A DNA stretch of 64,000 bases. Origin: an uncultured Gammaproteobacteria bacterium (GTDB lineage Bacteria > Patescibacteriota > Patescibacteriia > VMEV01 > CAYQCH01). Below, piece after piece: positions 20,251 to 29,169 of the stretch. The stretch lies in assembly GCA_964503955.1 (NCBI GenBank), contig CAZDCG010000002.1, positions 77,047 to 141,046 on the forward strand. Reading direction: 5' to 3'. Each line of letters opens with the position of its first letter. The stretch's first letter is position 1. A program made the position numbers and the translations under genes. The notes below the pieces were generated by a model. The model did no database searches and was not told the origin of the DNA. It worked only from the letters and a program-made list of their open reading frames with translations.

Positions 20251-20816
20251 ATGCGCTCCATGATCGTCGTTCTGTTCTGCTTGCTGATGTTCCTGACGGC
20301 CGGCTGCGCGAGCACCAGCTGCCCGTACGATGGTGTCTACGACCAGACCATCACCTCCAACAAGGAGGAGTACGACTACGCTCCGCTCGGCGCACTCAGC
20401 GCCGACAACGAGATTCCCTGTCACCGCTGGGTTCGGTACCTCAAGGCGTTCGCCAACGGCGGTGCGCTCGAGATCATCCCCAGCGACTACGACCTCAAGC
20501 TGACTACATGCCCTGGGGCGTCGACGAGAACGGCGACTGGGTGGATCTCAAGATGGTCGGCGACAGCGTGATCACCTGGGAGGGGGATCGTAAGCCGGTC
20601 ATGATCAAGCTCCTGGTCATGAAGCCGGGGCTCGAGATGGATCGGCAGCAGTCGCTCTGCGAGGGGCTGGTCTCCCGCGAGAACTTCATCTTCTGGCACC
20701 AGGAGGAACCCTACTACCAGTCCGAGAGCACCATTCGGATGTTCGTCAATGCCGAGGAACTCCTCAGCGGCCTGCCCTGGCACAGGATCAAGCCGGAGCG
20801 CAGGCCGGCAAGCTAG
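20251..20816 (+). pseudogene. High-GC lipoprotein gene split by a -1 frameshift near 20497-20502
   Basis: AAGGAG SD and lipobox LTAG-C. The G/C-ending codon bias switches from ORF 20251-20571 to ORF 20508-20816 at GACCTCAAG|CTGACTAC. Confidence 0.65.
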
Positions 20817-21039
20817 TATCCCGGCCTAGTACCCCATCCGCGCAAGCGATGCACGTCGCGCGCGGATGGGGACTGACATGAAGATTCAAGCACCATTGAG
20901 TGTTCATGCCAGTATTAGTCCTCATCCATTTCAAACCATGATTATCCCGCCTCTGGCGGATTTTTTGATGACAAAATATCTGGACAATAGGTGAATAGCC
21001 TGTTAGAAAAAAGCATCCTTCAACGCTGAAAAAAGGAGA

Positions 21040-21531
21040 GTGAAGGTGCGGAATCTGCTCCTTATTTGCGTATTGCCGCTTGTCTCCGGCTGTTTCCTTC
21101 AGTCACGGCCCGCCACGGAATATGCCATCGGGCTTGAACGGGCTATCGATCCCGTGAAGCTGCTCCACCGGCGGGATACGGTCGATCTAAAAGATGAGTA
21201 CCTCGTCATCCTCACGGCGACGGGGGTGCCGCATCTGATCGAGATTCATCTGGCTGCTCTTGAAGAGCCGTTGCGCTGGATGCATGTGCCCAACCGCCGC
21301 ATCGAGAACTTGCGCTGGGTGGCGGCGATCAGTCAGGAGCAGCTGGATGCATTGGGCGGCGAGGCATTGGTTTCCGTGCAGGTGATTCCCACGCTCGCCA
21401 CCAGGCAGGAGATGTCCTACTTGTACATCAATGGCCGCCAGGCTGTTGGCATTCGTTTGCGGCAGGATCGTTCATTCCGCGAGCAGATTCAAGCGCTCAA
21501 GCAGAGAAACCTGCAGACAGCATCGCGGTAA
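21040..21531 (+). CDS. Orphan lipoprotein
   Basis: AAGGAG SD, GTG start, lipobox-like VSG-C, and a hairpin at 21552-21587. Confidence 0.6.
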   Translation: MKVRNLLLICVLPLVSGCFLQSRPATEYAIGLERAIDPVKLLHRRDTVDLKDEYLVILTATGVPHLIEIHLAALEEPLRWMHVPNRRIENLRWVAAISQEQLDALGGEALVSVQVIPTLATRQEMSYLYINGRQAVGIRLRQDRSFREQIQALKQRNLQTASR

Positions 21532-21598
21532 ACGATGCGGTTCAAAAAACAAAGCCCCCGAACAGCGGCAACGTGATCGGGGGCTTTAGCGTAGAATG

Positions 21599-21769
21599 CT
21601 AAATGGTTGTTTCTTCATCCGCATCATCCGGTTCCATGAATTGGTGGCTCATACCGTCGGGGCAGTCGCAGGCATGCAGAGGCTTGCCATGGTCCGGGCA
21701 GTTTGGATCCTGGCAGGTGCCGGGTTCAGAGGAAACGCCTTCGCATCCACCGTAGCAGACATAGTGCAT
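21599..21769 (-). CDS. Small Cys/His-rich putative metal-binding protein
   Basis: 56 aa with 6 Cys, 4 His and an acidic tail. T-ATG start with TATAAT upstream on the minus strand. Confidence 0.65.
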   Translation of the reverse strand: MHYVCYGGCEGVSSEPGTCQDPNCPDHGKPLHACDCPDGMSHQFMEPDDADEETTI

Positions 21770-21811
21770 ATGGTTTTGGTGAGTGATTATGGTCATTGGT
21801 GATTATACAAT

Positions 21812-21884
21812 CACAGACTGATTAGACCAATAGACTCGATAGATCAGATTTTTCAGACGCACAGACTTTTCAGACGCACAGACA
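21812..21884. repeat. Left arm (CAGAC periodic units) of the four-helix-bundle element
   Basis: nnAGAC units with 8-9 nt period. CAGATTTTTCAGACGCACAGAC is the inverse complement (1 indel) of 22309-22329. Confidence 0.8.
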
Positions 21885-21902
21885 GTAATTATTCGGGGTT
21901 TT

Positions 21903-22250
21903 TTACCTTTTTAAGATACTGCAGAAAATAAGAAATAGCTCTTGCGCTTCCATTTGAAGAGGAAGAAATTGTTCTTGAGCTGATTTGTTTGCGGATGATA
22001 CAAGTCTGATCCAATATTGAGATTCTCGCGACTCCTTTCGGCAAATTTTTATTCTGTAAATAAAATCGGCTTTGCTTAGTGATTCGTTTGCTTCGATATA
22101 ATTTGCGCCGATGGATCCAGCTGCTCTTAAAAGCTGGTCAACAAGTACTTTGTTGACGGAATTAAACGGCAATGCAGAGCATAATCGTATCACCTGCAAG
22201 GCAAATTTTTCCGTCCGCTTTTCTAATAATTTGTTTTTTTCTCTAGACAT
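21903..22250 (-). CDS. Four helix bundle protein (TIGR02436 / 23S rRNA intervening-sequence protein family, Avd-like fold)
   Basis: Motif FA..VI.LC..LP...DQLLRAAGSIGANYIEA....SKADF.....ICRKESRESQYW..L. Confidence 0.9.
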   Translation of the reverse strand: MSREKNKLLEKRTEKFALQVIRLCSALPFNSVNKVLVDQLLRAAGSIGANYIEANESLSKADFIYRIKICRKESRESQYWIRLVSSANKSAQEQFLPLQMEAQELFLIFCSILKR

Positions 22251-22283
22251 AAAAAAGCCCCAACGAGGTGTGGGACTTTTTTT
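22251..22283 (-). terminator. Terminator hairpin after rpmB, abutting the four-helix-bundle ATG
   Basis: Minus strand reads AAAAAAGTCCCA-loop-TGGGGCTTTTTT-ATG. Confidence 0.7.
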
Positions 22284-22307
22284 CATTTTATCATGTTCTT
22301 CCCGCTT

Positions 22308-22343
22308 TGTCTGTGCGTCTAAAAATCTGAGAAGTCTGTGAGT
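22308..22343. repeat. Right arm (GTCTG periodic units) of the four-helix-bundle element
   Basis: TGTCTGTGCGTCTAAAAATCTGAGAAGTCTGTGAGT, lying 2 nt past the rpmB stop. Confidence 0.8.
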
Positions 22344-22345
22344 TT

Positions 22346-22546
22346 TTATGCCTTCATCTTCTCCGCCTCTCGCTTGAGGGTCTTGAGACAGCGGGTGCAG
22401 ACTTTGATCTTGCCTCCGCCAAAGCGAAGGGTCTGCAAATTCGGATACTTGCGCTGTTTGCTGGTCGGATTGAGGTTGCCGCGGAGGAGTTTGCGAGGTG
22501 TTACGATCATTGAACCTTTTCCGCAGAGTTCACACATTCTTGACAT
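22346..22546 (-). CDS. rpmB: 50S ribosomal protein L28 (Zn-ribbon type)
   Basis: Motif MSR.CELCGKG...R.YPNLQ....KVCTRCLK. Confidence 0.88.
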   Translation of the reverse strand: MSRMCELCGKGSMIVTPRKLLRGNLNPTSKQRKYPNLQTLRFGGGKIKVCTRCLKTLKREAEKMKA

Positions 22547-22703
22547 ATCGTCTGGTGATCAATAAATCAAAGATCAATGACCCATTGCCTTTTTTGAATC
22601 ATTGATCTCTGGCTCAATTGCGGACCAATCAATTGATCATCAACGATTGAGCTGCTATAATTTAGCAACTTAACCCTATTGTTGTCAAGAAGAGGGCTAT
22701 TCT

Positions 22704-23342
22704 ATGCTTTTTTATTTGTTGCAAAATCCCGTTTTGATTCTCCCGGTCTTAGCTGCGATCATCATCGCTTTTACTGTTCATGAGTTTTCCCATGCTTTGG
22801 CGGCGGAGTGGCTAGGGGATTCAACGCCAAAATCTCTTGGGCGGCTTACGCTCAATCCTATGTCTCATATCCATGGACTGGGGTTTATGCTACTCCTTGT
22901 GGCCGGATTTGGCTGGGGCAAGCCCGTTCCATTCAATGAACGCAATCTGAAAAATCCGAAGTGGGGTGCGGCCGTCATCGGTCTTGCTGGTCCATTTTCC
23001 AATCTGGTGATGATGCTGCTTGGCATCGGGGTGCTGGCTTTGATGACTTCTCAAGGCATTTTGCCGCCCAATTCCTTATTGACCATCTTTCTCACCTTTC
23101 TGATCCAGTTCAATCTGGTATTGATGCTGTTCAACCTCTTGCCGATCCCTCCGCTTGACGGGTCAAAGCTCCTATTGGCGCTGATTCCCAATAAATACGA
23201 GCAATTCCGGCAAAATCTCATGATCAATGGGCCGACGATTTTGCTCATGCTGGTTTTAGCCGATTTCGTCCTGCCGATCTCCATTTTCGGCACGTTGTTT
23301 TCTTTTTTCCTGCGGGGGATAGAGCGGCTCTTTATTCTCTGA
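22704..23342 (+). CDS. Site-2 protease family (M50) membrane metalloprotease
   Basis: Motifs HEFSH, GRLTLNP, GWGKPVP, AGP.SN and FNLLPIPPLDG. Confidence 0.93.
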   Translation: MLFYLLQNPVLILPVLAAIIIAFTVHEFSHALAAEWLGDSTPKSLGRLTLNPMSHIHGLGFMLLLVAGFGWGKPVPFNERNLKNPKWGAAVIGLAGPFSNLVMMLLGIGVLALMTSQGILPPNSLLTIFLTFLIQFNLVLMLFNLLPIPPLDGSKLLLALIPNKYEQFRQNLMINGPTILLMLVLADFVLPISIFGTLFSFFLRGIERLFIL

Positions 23343-23397
23343 GAAGCTTGGAAAGCATTCACCCCCCGTCAAAGTCTCCTCTAACGGGGGGCGTTTG

Positions 23398-24015
23398 CTA
23401 GTTGGTGGCCTCGACAAGGATCCCCATGGCGGCGGGGCCGTTGTCGCGGCCTTCCTCTTCCGTGTTGTCGGAGCTGAAGGTCTCGCTGCGGCGGCGGAAG
23501 AACTCGCGGATGAACTCGATCGGTCCCTTGGACGTGTCCTGCTGCTTGCGCAGCTCCTCGCGATCGACCCACTTCCAGGTCCCGTCGGGTTCCTTGTGGT
23601 AGACCGTCCAGCCGATCTTGTCGGCCGGGAACGGATCGTACTGCGACTGAAGCAGGATGTCGTGCGGGAAGGAGTAGATCTGGATCATCTCCGCGTTCGG
23701 TCCGGCGAAGGGCTGCTGCTTGGTCAGGTACCAGACCAGGATGTCGTGCTTCCCGGCCGGCTGGAACGAGGGGAGCTTGAGGTTCTCGTCGTACCCCTTA
23801 AAGCGGGCCAGGGCTTCCAGGGGGTGCGACTCCGTCTCCAGCTTCCTGCCCGGCGGCAGGTAGGGGATGTCCTCGAGCTCGCGCTCGGTCAGCAGGTTGG
23901 ACGCGACCAGCTTCCGGTCGTCGGGCCAGGGCCAGCGAAGCTGATCCCTGGTATAGCCGGGGCTACTGCACCCGGCAAGCAAGGCCAAGAACGCAAGGGC
24001 CACATATCGCCGCAT
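23398..24015 (-). CDS. High-GC orphan lipoprotein
   Basis: AAGGAGGT SD, MRRYVALAFLALLAG-C lipobox, G/C-ending codons, and a hairpin at 23361-23391. Confidence 0.7.
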   Translation of the reverse strand: MRRYVALAFLALLAGCSSPGYTRDQLRWPWPDDRKLVASNLLTERELEDIPYLPPGRKLETESHPLEALARFKGYDENLKLPSFQPAGKHDILVWYLTKQQPFAGPNAEMIQIYSFPHDILLQSQYDPFPADKIGWTVYHKEPDGTWKWVDREELRKQQDTSKGPIEFIREFFRRRSETFSSDNTEEEGRDNGPAAMGILVEATN

Positions 24016-24140
24016 TGATACCTCCTTGTTGCGGATCAATCAGTATGGTCGTCTCCGGTAGGGGAATCAACCATGAAGGACGCAAAATATGACGATAAAA
24101 CCGATGTGCGAACTGATTGAAAAAGGATTCTACCTTGAAA

Positions 24141-24169
24141 TTGACGGTTTTAGGAAGACATGGTATGAT
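24141..24169 (+). promoter_or_regulatory. Promoter of str operon
   Basis: TTGACG-17-TATGAT with TG extension. Confidence 0.75.
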
Positions 24170-24398
24170 CGACACGCAATAAATACTTGGCTTTTTCCAA
24201 AGTAACCCCGAAAAGGGGTGAACGGCCTCGGACGGGGGGAAATGGAAATACGGGTATTTACTCAAAAAGTGTTGAAAAAAATCGTCTTTTTTAAGACCGA
24301 TTTTTCTTTTATTCATAAGCTTTGCGTATTTGACAATTGACTATTTGGCAGTTGGCCTTTGGTCAAAGGCCAGGCGTCAATCGTCAAATGCAACCACT

Positions 24399-24818
24399 AT
24401 GCCAACCATCAATCAATTGGTGCGAAAGCCTAGAACGATCACAAAAAAGAAGGCGAAAGGGCCAGCTCTTTTGGTGACGCTGGATTCTTTGCACCGACGC
24501 AAGAAACTCATGCGTACCGGCAACCCGTTCAAACGAGGCGTCTGTACAAAGGTAACCACAACCACTCCGAAGAAACCGAACTCTGCGCTTCGAAAGATTG
24601 CCCGTGTTCGTCTTTCAAATGGAATGGAAGTCACAGCTTATATCCCGGGTGAAGGACATAATTTACAGGAGCACTCAATCGTCATGATTCGAGGCGGTCG
24701 TGTAAAGGATCTTCCGGGTGTGCGATATCACATTGTCCGCGGTGTTTACGATACGCAAGGTATCGAAGGTCGAAAGCAGCGCCGCTCGCTCTACGGTTCA
24801 CGAAAGCCGAAAGCGTAA
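24399..24818 (+). CDS. rpsL: 30S ribosomal protein S12
   Basis: Motifs [21 protein letters not shown] and [12 protein letters not shown]. Confidence 0.98.
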   Translation: MPTINQLVRKPRTITKKKAKGPALLVTLDSLHRRKKLMRTGNPFKRGVCTKVTTTTPKKPNSALRKIARVRLSNGMEVTAYIPGEGHNLQEHSIVMIRGGRVKDLPGVRYHIVRGVYDTQGIEGRKQRRSLYGSRKPKA

Positions 24819-24881
24819 ATTAATCATGCCGTGGGCGGGGAGGGCTTTTACAGCCTGATCCTCCGGCCTGCGACCTAAGAT

Positions 24882-25349
24882 ATGCGTGGAAAACGAGCAC
24901 CAAAACGACCAATTGCACCTGATCCGCTCTACAACAATGTCCAGGTGGCAAAATTCGTTAACTATGTCATGCGCCGAGGAAAGAAGTCGGTTGCGCAGCG
25001 CATTGTCTACGATGCATTTAAAATCGTGGAAGAAAAAAGCAAGAAAAATCCCCTTGAAGTGTTTGAACTTGCCATGAAAAATGTGGCGCCAACGCTTGAA
25101 GTCAAAGGCCGACGTATCGGCGGCGCGAACTACCAGATCCCAATCCAGGTAAAAGCGGAACGCCGTTTTGTTCTGGCTTCCCGATGGATTATCGAGGCGG
25201 CAAAAACGCGAAAAGGACGCCCAATGTCAGAAAAACTCGCTCAGGAATTTTTGGATGCGGCTAAGAAAGAAGGAAGCGCGATGAAGAAACGCGAAAACGT
25301 GCAGAAGATGGCTGAGGCGAACCGTGCGTTTGCTCATTTCGCTCGTTAA
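24882..25349 (+). CDS. rpsG: 30S ribosomal protein S7
   Basis: Motifs GKKS.A, RRIGGANYQ and MAEANRAFAHF. Confidence 0.98.
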   Translation: MRGKRAPKRPIAPDPLYNNVQVAKFVNYVMRRGKKSVAQRIVYDAFKIVEEKSKKNPLEVFELAMKNVAPTLEVKGRRIGGANYQIPIQVKAERRFVLASRWIIEAAKTRKGRPMSEKLAQEFLDAAKKEGSAMKKRENVQKMAEANRAFAHFAR

Positions 25350-25352
25350 AAA

Positions 25353-25470
25353 TCATTGGTCTTTTGGCGAGCTGCTGCGTCAGAGCTTGCGATGCTCCTT
25401 CTGCGTACAAGCCGTACGCATCAGTCCGCTTCTCAGCTCTTCCTTGCATCTCATCCAAAATCCCGAATGA
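25353..25470 (+). ncRNA. Structured RNA/DNA element, copy 1 (homolog at 61750-61871)
   Basis: Long interrupted hairpin with apical GCGTAC/GTACGC and an internal CGTC / TCCTTG loop. Covaries with copy 2. Confidence 0.6.
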
Positions 25471-25556
25471 TGTAAGCGTACTTGAAACAAACACTATCAT
25501 TATTGAACAGGGGTGAATCCATCGTTTACCGTCAAGCCCCTAACAACGCATCATTT

Positions 25557-27671
25557 ATGGCTAGACAGAACAAACTTGAAGATGTTCGCAATATCGGAAT
25601 TATTGCGCATATCGACGCAGGAAAAACCACCACCAGCGAACGTATTCTGTTCTACACCGGAAAAAATTACAAAATCGGTGAAGTGCATGAAGGTGAAGCG
25701 ACCATGGACTGGATGGAGCAGGAACAGGAACGTGGAATTACCATCACGGCTGCCGCAACCACCTGTTTTTGGAATGACAAACAGATCAACATCATCGATA
25801 CTCCCGGCCACGTGGACTTCACGGTGGAAGTAGAACGAAGTCTTCGCGTGCTCGACGGCGGTGTGGTCGTTTTCGACGGCGTGGCCGGCGTGGAGCCGCA
25901 GTCAGAAACGGTATGGCGCCAGGCAGATAAATATGAAGTACCCCGCATCTGTTTCATCAATAAGCTTGATCGCACCGGTGCCGACTTTTACGCGGACGTT
26001 GATTCCATTCACAACCGTTTGACAAAGAGCGCGTATCCAATCCAGCTGCCTATTGGTGCTGAGGACAAGTTTGAGGGCATCATCGACCTGATCAAAATGA
26101 AAGCCTATCTGTACCGCGATGATCTTGGAAAACAGATTGATGAAGTAGATGTTCCTGAAGACATGAAGGCAAAGGCCGAAGAATACCGCGCCAAGCTGAT
26201 TGAAGCGGTTGTTGAAACAGACGAAGCTTTGATGAACAAGTATTTTGATGGCCAGGAACTTAGCGTGGAAGAAATCAAAGGAGCATTGCGCAAAGCAGTT
26301 GTGTCAAACCAGGTTCGTCCGATTCTCTGCGGAACGGCTCTCAAGAACAAGGGCGTGCAAAAACTTCTTGATGCGGTTGTTGATTATCTGCCGTCTCCAT
26401 TGGATGTGCCTGCCGTAAAGGGAACGAACCCAGATAAACCGGAAGAAGAAATTACCCGCAAACCGGATGATGCCGAGCCTTTGACTGCTCTGGCGTTTAA
26501 AGTCGCGACCGATCCATTCGTTGGAAAACTATGTTTCATTCGCGTATACGCGGGTACGCTCAAGGCCGGTTCCTATATTCTCAATGCAAATACGGGAAAG
26601 AAAGAACGCATCGGCCGACTTGTCCGTCTGCATGCAAATAGCCGTGAAGAAGTGGAGGAGATTCCAGCAGGGGACATTGCCGCGGCAGTAGGACTCAAAG
26701 ATACAGTGACCGGGCATACGCTTTGTGATCCGGAACACCCTGTCATGCTTGAACAAATTATTTTCCCTGAACCGGTTATCCAGCTCGCGATTGAACCGAA
26801 ATCCAAGGCCGATCAGGAAAAACTCGGCATGGCCTTGCAAAAGCTTGCTGAAGAAGATCCAACCTTCCGCGTCCGCTCTGATGAAGAAACAGGACAGACG
26901 ATTATCGCCGGTATGGGTGAATTGCACTTGGATATTATCGTTGACCGCATGAAGCGCGAATTCAAGGTTGAGGCCAATATCGGCGCGCCGCAGGTAGCCT
27001 ATCGTGAAACAATCCGCGGTGAAGCGGAAGCAGAAGGCAAATACATCAAGCAGTCCGGTGGACGCGGTCAATACGGCCATTGCTGGCTGCGCGTCAAGCC
27101 GCAGGAAGCTGAAGCGCAGGCTGAAGAGATTGCGAAAGGAGAAGACAAAGACGAACTCCTTTTCCATGATGAGATCAAAGGCGGCGTTATTCCAAAAGAA
27201 TTCATCAATCCGATCGAAAAAGGTGTCCGCGAAGCAATGGCCCGCGGCGTTATTGCCGGTTATCAGCTGGTAAATGTGGATGTCACTGTGTACGACGGTT
27301 CCTACCATGATGTCGACTCATCTGAAATCGCCTTCAAGATGGCCGGTTCCATGGCATTCGTTGAAGCTGCTAAAAAGGCGAAACCGGTTTTGCTTGAGCC
27401 AGTGATGAAACTTGAAATCACCACTCCGGAGGAATTCATGGGCGATGTCATCGGCGACTTGAATTCACGTCGCGGCCAGGTTGAAGAAATGCGCGACCGC
27501 CACGGAGTGAAAGTAATCACGGGGAAAGCGCCATTGTCAGAAATGTTCGGCTATGCGACGGATTTGCGCTCTATTAGCCAAGGCCGAGCGAGCTACAGCA
27601 TGGAATTCAACGACTATGCCGAGGTGCCAAGCAATGTTCGTGATAAAATAGTAGGGGAGAGATCCAAATAG
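25557..27671 (+). CDS. fusA: Elongation factor G
   Basis: Motifs [39 protein letters not shown] and [10 protein letters not shown]. Confidence 0.98.
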   Translation: MARQNKLEDVRNIGIIAHIDAGKTTTSERILFYTGKNYKIGEVHEGEATMDWMEQEQERGITITAAATTCFWNDKQINIIDTPGHVDFTVEVERSLRVLDGGVVVFDGVAGVEPQSETVWRQADKYEVPRICFINKLDRTGADFYADVDSIHNRLTKSAYPIQLPIGAEDKFEGIIDLIKMKAYLYRDDLGKQIDEVDVPEDMKAKAEEYRAKLIEAVVETDEALMNKYFDGQELSVEEIKGALRKAVVSNQVRPILCGTALKNKGVQKLLDAVVDYLPSPLDVPAVKGTNPDKPEEEITRKPDDAEPLTALAFKVATDPFVGKLCFIRVYAGTLKAGSYILNANTGKKERIGRLVRLHANSREEVEEIPAGDIAAAVGLKDTVTGHTLCDPEHPVMLEQIIFPEPVIQLAIEPKSKADQEKLGMALQKLAEEDPTFRVRSDEETGQTIIAGMGELHLDIIVDRMKREFKVEANIGAPQVAYRETIRGEAEAEGKYIKQSGGRGQYGHCWLRVKPQEAEAQAEEIAKGEDKDELLFHDEIKGGVIPKEFINPIEKGVREAMARGVIAGYQLVNVDVTVYDGSYHDVDSSEIAFKMAGSMAFVEAAKKAKPVLLEPVMKLEITTPEEFMGDVIGDLNSRRGQVEEMRDRHGVKVITGKAPLSEMFGYATDLRSISQGRASYSMEFNDYAEVPSNVRDKIVGERSK

Positions 27672-27748
27672 CTCTTTGTGAGGGAACAATTGGTTTCGAG
27701 GGTGCCTTGTTCCAAGGTACATTTCGCTAATCGATTAAATACAAACGT

Positions 27749-28840
27749 ATGAGACATCTCAACGAGATGCCTGGTTCCCAAACACATAAGCAGAATCAAT
27801 CCAACAATCTTCTGAAAAGAGGAGGGCTGTTTTTCGCCCTCCTTTTCTGTTGGCTGGCGGCCGCGCAAACCGTTTCAGCTAAACAGCCTTCGGGCATTGT
27901 CTACGTCACGACGGAAAAATCAGCCGGGGAAGACGTGAATGGAGACGGCGAGCTTTCTGACGAAGTTGATTTCTTCCCGGTATTGCAGGCGGTTGATCTT
28001 GCCACCGAGGAAATCACGACGATAGGCATGGGGTTTCTCGACGCGATAGAAGGGGAGAATAGCAATGTCACACCCGAGGGCAAGGTCGTCTACATCGCCA
28101 AGCCGGATCCTGTAAAGAGCCCTGTCCGCGTCTTTGACAGTGTTTCCGGCGAAATAAAAGATCTTCGCTTTGAGGGGCGAAATGCTGCCATTTCTGGAAA
28201 TCTGGTGATTGTCCAGCGTTACAATATCTCGTCAGGAGATCATGAACTGCTTGTCCATGATCTTTTGACAGGGAACAACCGTGTGATTCATCGTTCTCAG
28301 TCAAGAATTGAGGCTGATATCGACGGAGATCTGGTAGCCTTTATTACACGCCCGCAAACAGACACAAATTACAGGCTGTTTTACTATGACTTGTCAAGAT
28401 CTTCGACCACCCAGACCGATTACGATCTGCATGGGCAAATCTTTGCTCCGGTCGTGGATCGGGGGAGGATTGCATTTGTCACCATGCATCAAGGAAAACG
28501 GTCAGTAATACTTCTTAATGCAAAAACCGGAGAAGACCAGATTCTGCCGATTGAGCCGTTTGATACCAAAATCGACCTTGAAGGGGATCTCGTGGCTTTT
28601 ACCAAGGCCATTGAGCGGGAAGCAGATATCCGGGCCTTTACCTATAATCTGGCTTCAGGGGAATTGGTTGATACGGGAATTACCAGCCGGCGCGTACGGC
28701 TCCAGGAAGGCGTGCTCATGACCGTAGAAGGGAGGACGGTTCGCGGCTTAGGACCAATCGTTCTGCAGGATCTGGAATCGGGCCGCACCCAACGATCCAG
28801 GGTATTGGTAGCGCCTCATTTCGGTTTCGGCATCTATTAG
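27749..28840 (+). CDS. Secreted beta-propeller-like (TolB-type repeat) protein
   Basis: Signal peptide, repeats of (I/V)DGD.VAF...YDL.TG, and a DVNGDG Ca-binding-like loop. Confidence 0.65.
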   Translation: MRHLNEMPGSQTHKQNQSNNLLKRGGLFFALLFCWLAAAQTVSAKQPSGIVYVTTEKSAGEDVNGDGELSDEVDFFPVLQAVDLATEEITTIGMGFLDAIEGENSNVTPEGKVVYIAKPDPVKSPVRVFDSVSGEIKDLRFEGRNAAISGNLVIVQRYNISSGDHELLVHDLLTGNNRVIHRSQSRIEADIDGDLVAFITRPQTDTNYRLFYYDLSRSSTTQTDYDLHGQIFAPVVDRGRIAFVTMHQGKRSVILLNAKTGEDQILPIEPFDTKIDLEGDLVAFTKAIEREADIRAFTYNLASGELVDTGITSRRVRLQEGVLMTVEGRTVRGLGPIVLQDLESGRTQRSRVLVAPHFGFGIY

Positions 28841-29039
28841 AGCAGAAACTGGAAGAAGAGGTGGTTACAGCTCATATTGACGGAAATGCAAAAAAGCTCT
28901 AATCTTTGGCAACCGATGGAACAGAGAAAATCGTTCGATTATCTCTGTCTCCCATGGTGAAAAAAGCTCTGATTTAGGCCAAAAACAGGCGCAAATAGGA
29001 CATATCCACAGGTTAGCGCGCTCCGAAATACAAACATAC

Positions 29040-29067
29040 TTGCATTTTCCAAATTCTCTGTTATAAT
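29040..29067 (+). promoter_or_regulatory. Internal promoter for tuf
   Basis: TTGCAT-16-TATAAT with TG extension, followed by hairpin AAAAACCCCG/CGGGGTTTTT at about 29101-29123. Confidence 0.65.
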
Positions 29068-29169
29068 TTAGTCAACTTTTCAAGGATTTGAGGTTTGTCC
29101 AAAAACCCCGTATCGGGGTTTTTGCTTCGAAAAGAAATCTCTCTCCCTAAAATTAATTCATAGACCCCT

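Noticed and set aside
21903-22250. Diversity-generating retroelement
   Set aside because: Only an Avd-fold relative is present. There is no reverse transcriptase and no TR/VR pair with adenine-specific mismatches in the window.
8100-23400. Hairpins after orphan genes as integron attC sites
   Set aside because: There are no consistent RYYYAAC...GTTRRRY ends, the cassettes are not arrayed, and no integrase is present.
23395-24018. 207-aa plus-strand ORF
   Set aside because: It is the antisense shadow of the GC-rich lipoprotein gene, which has the SD and lipobox.
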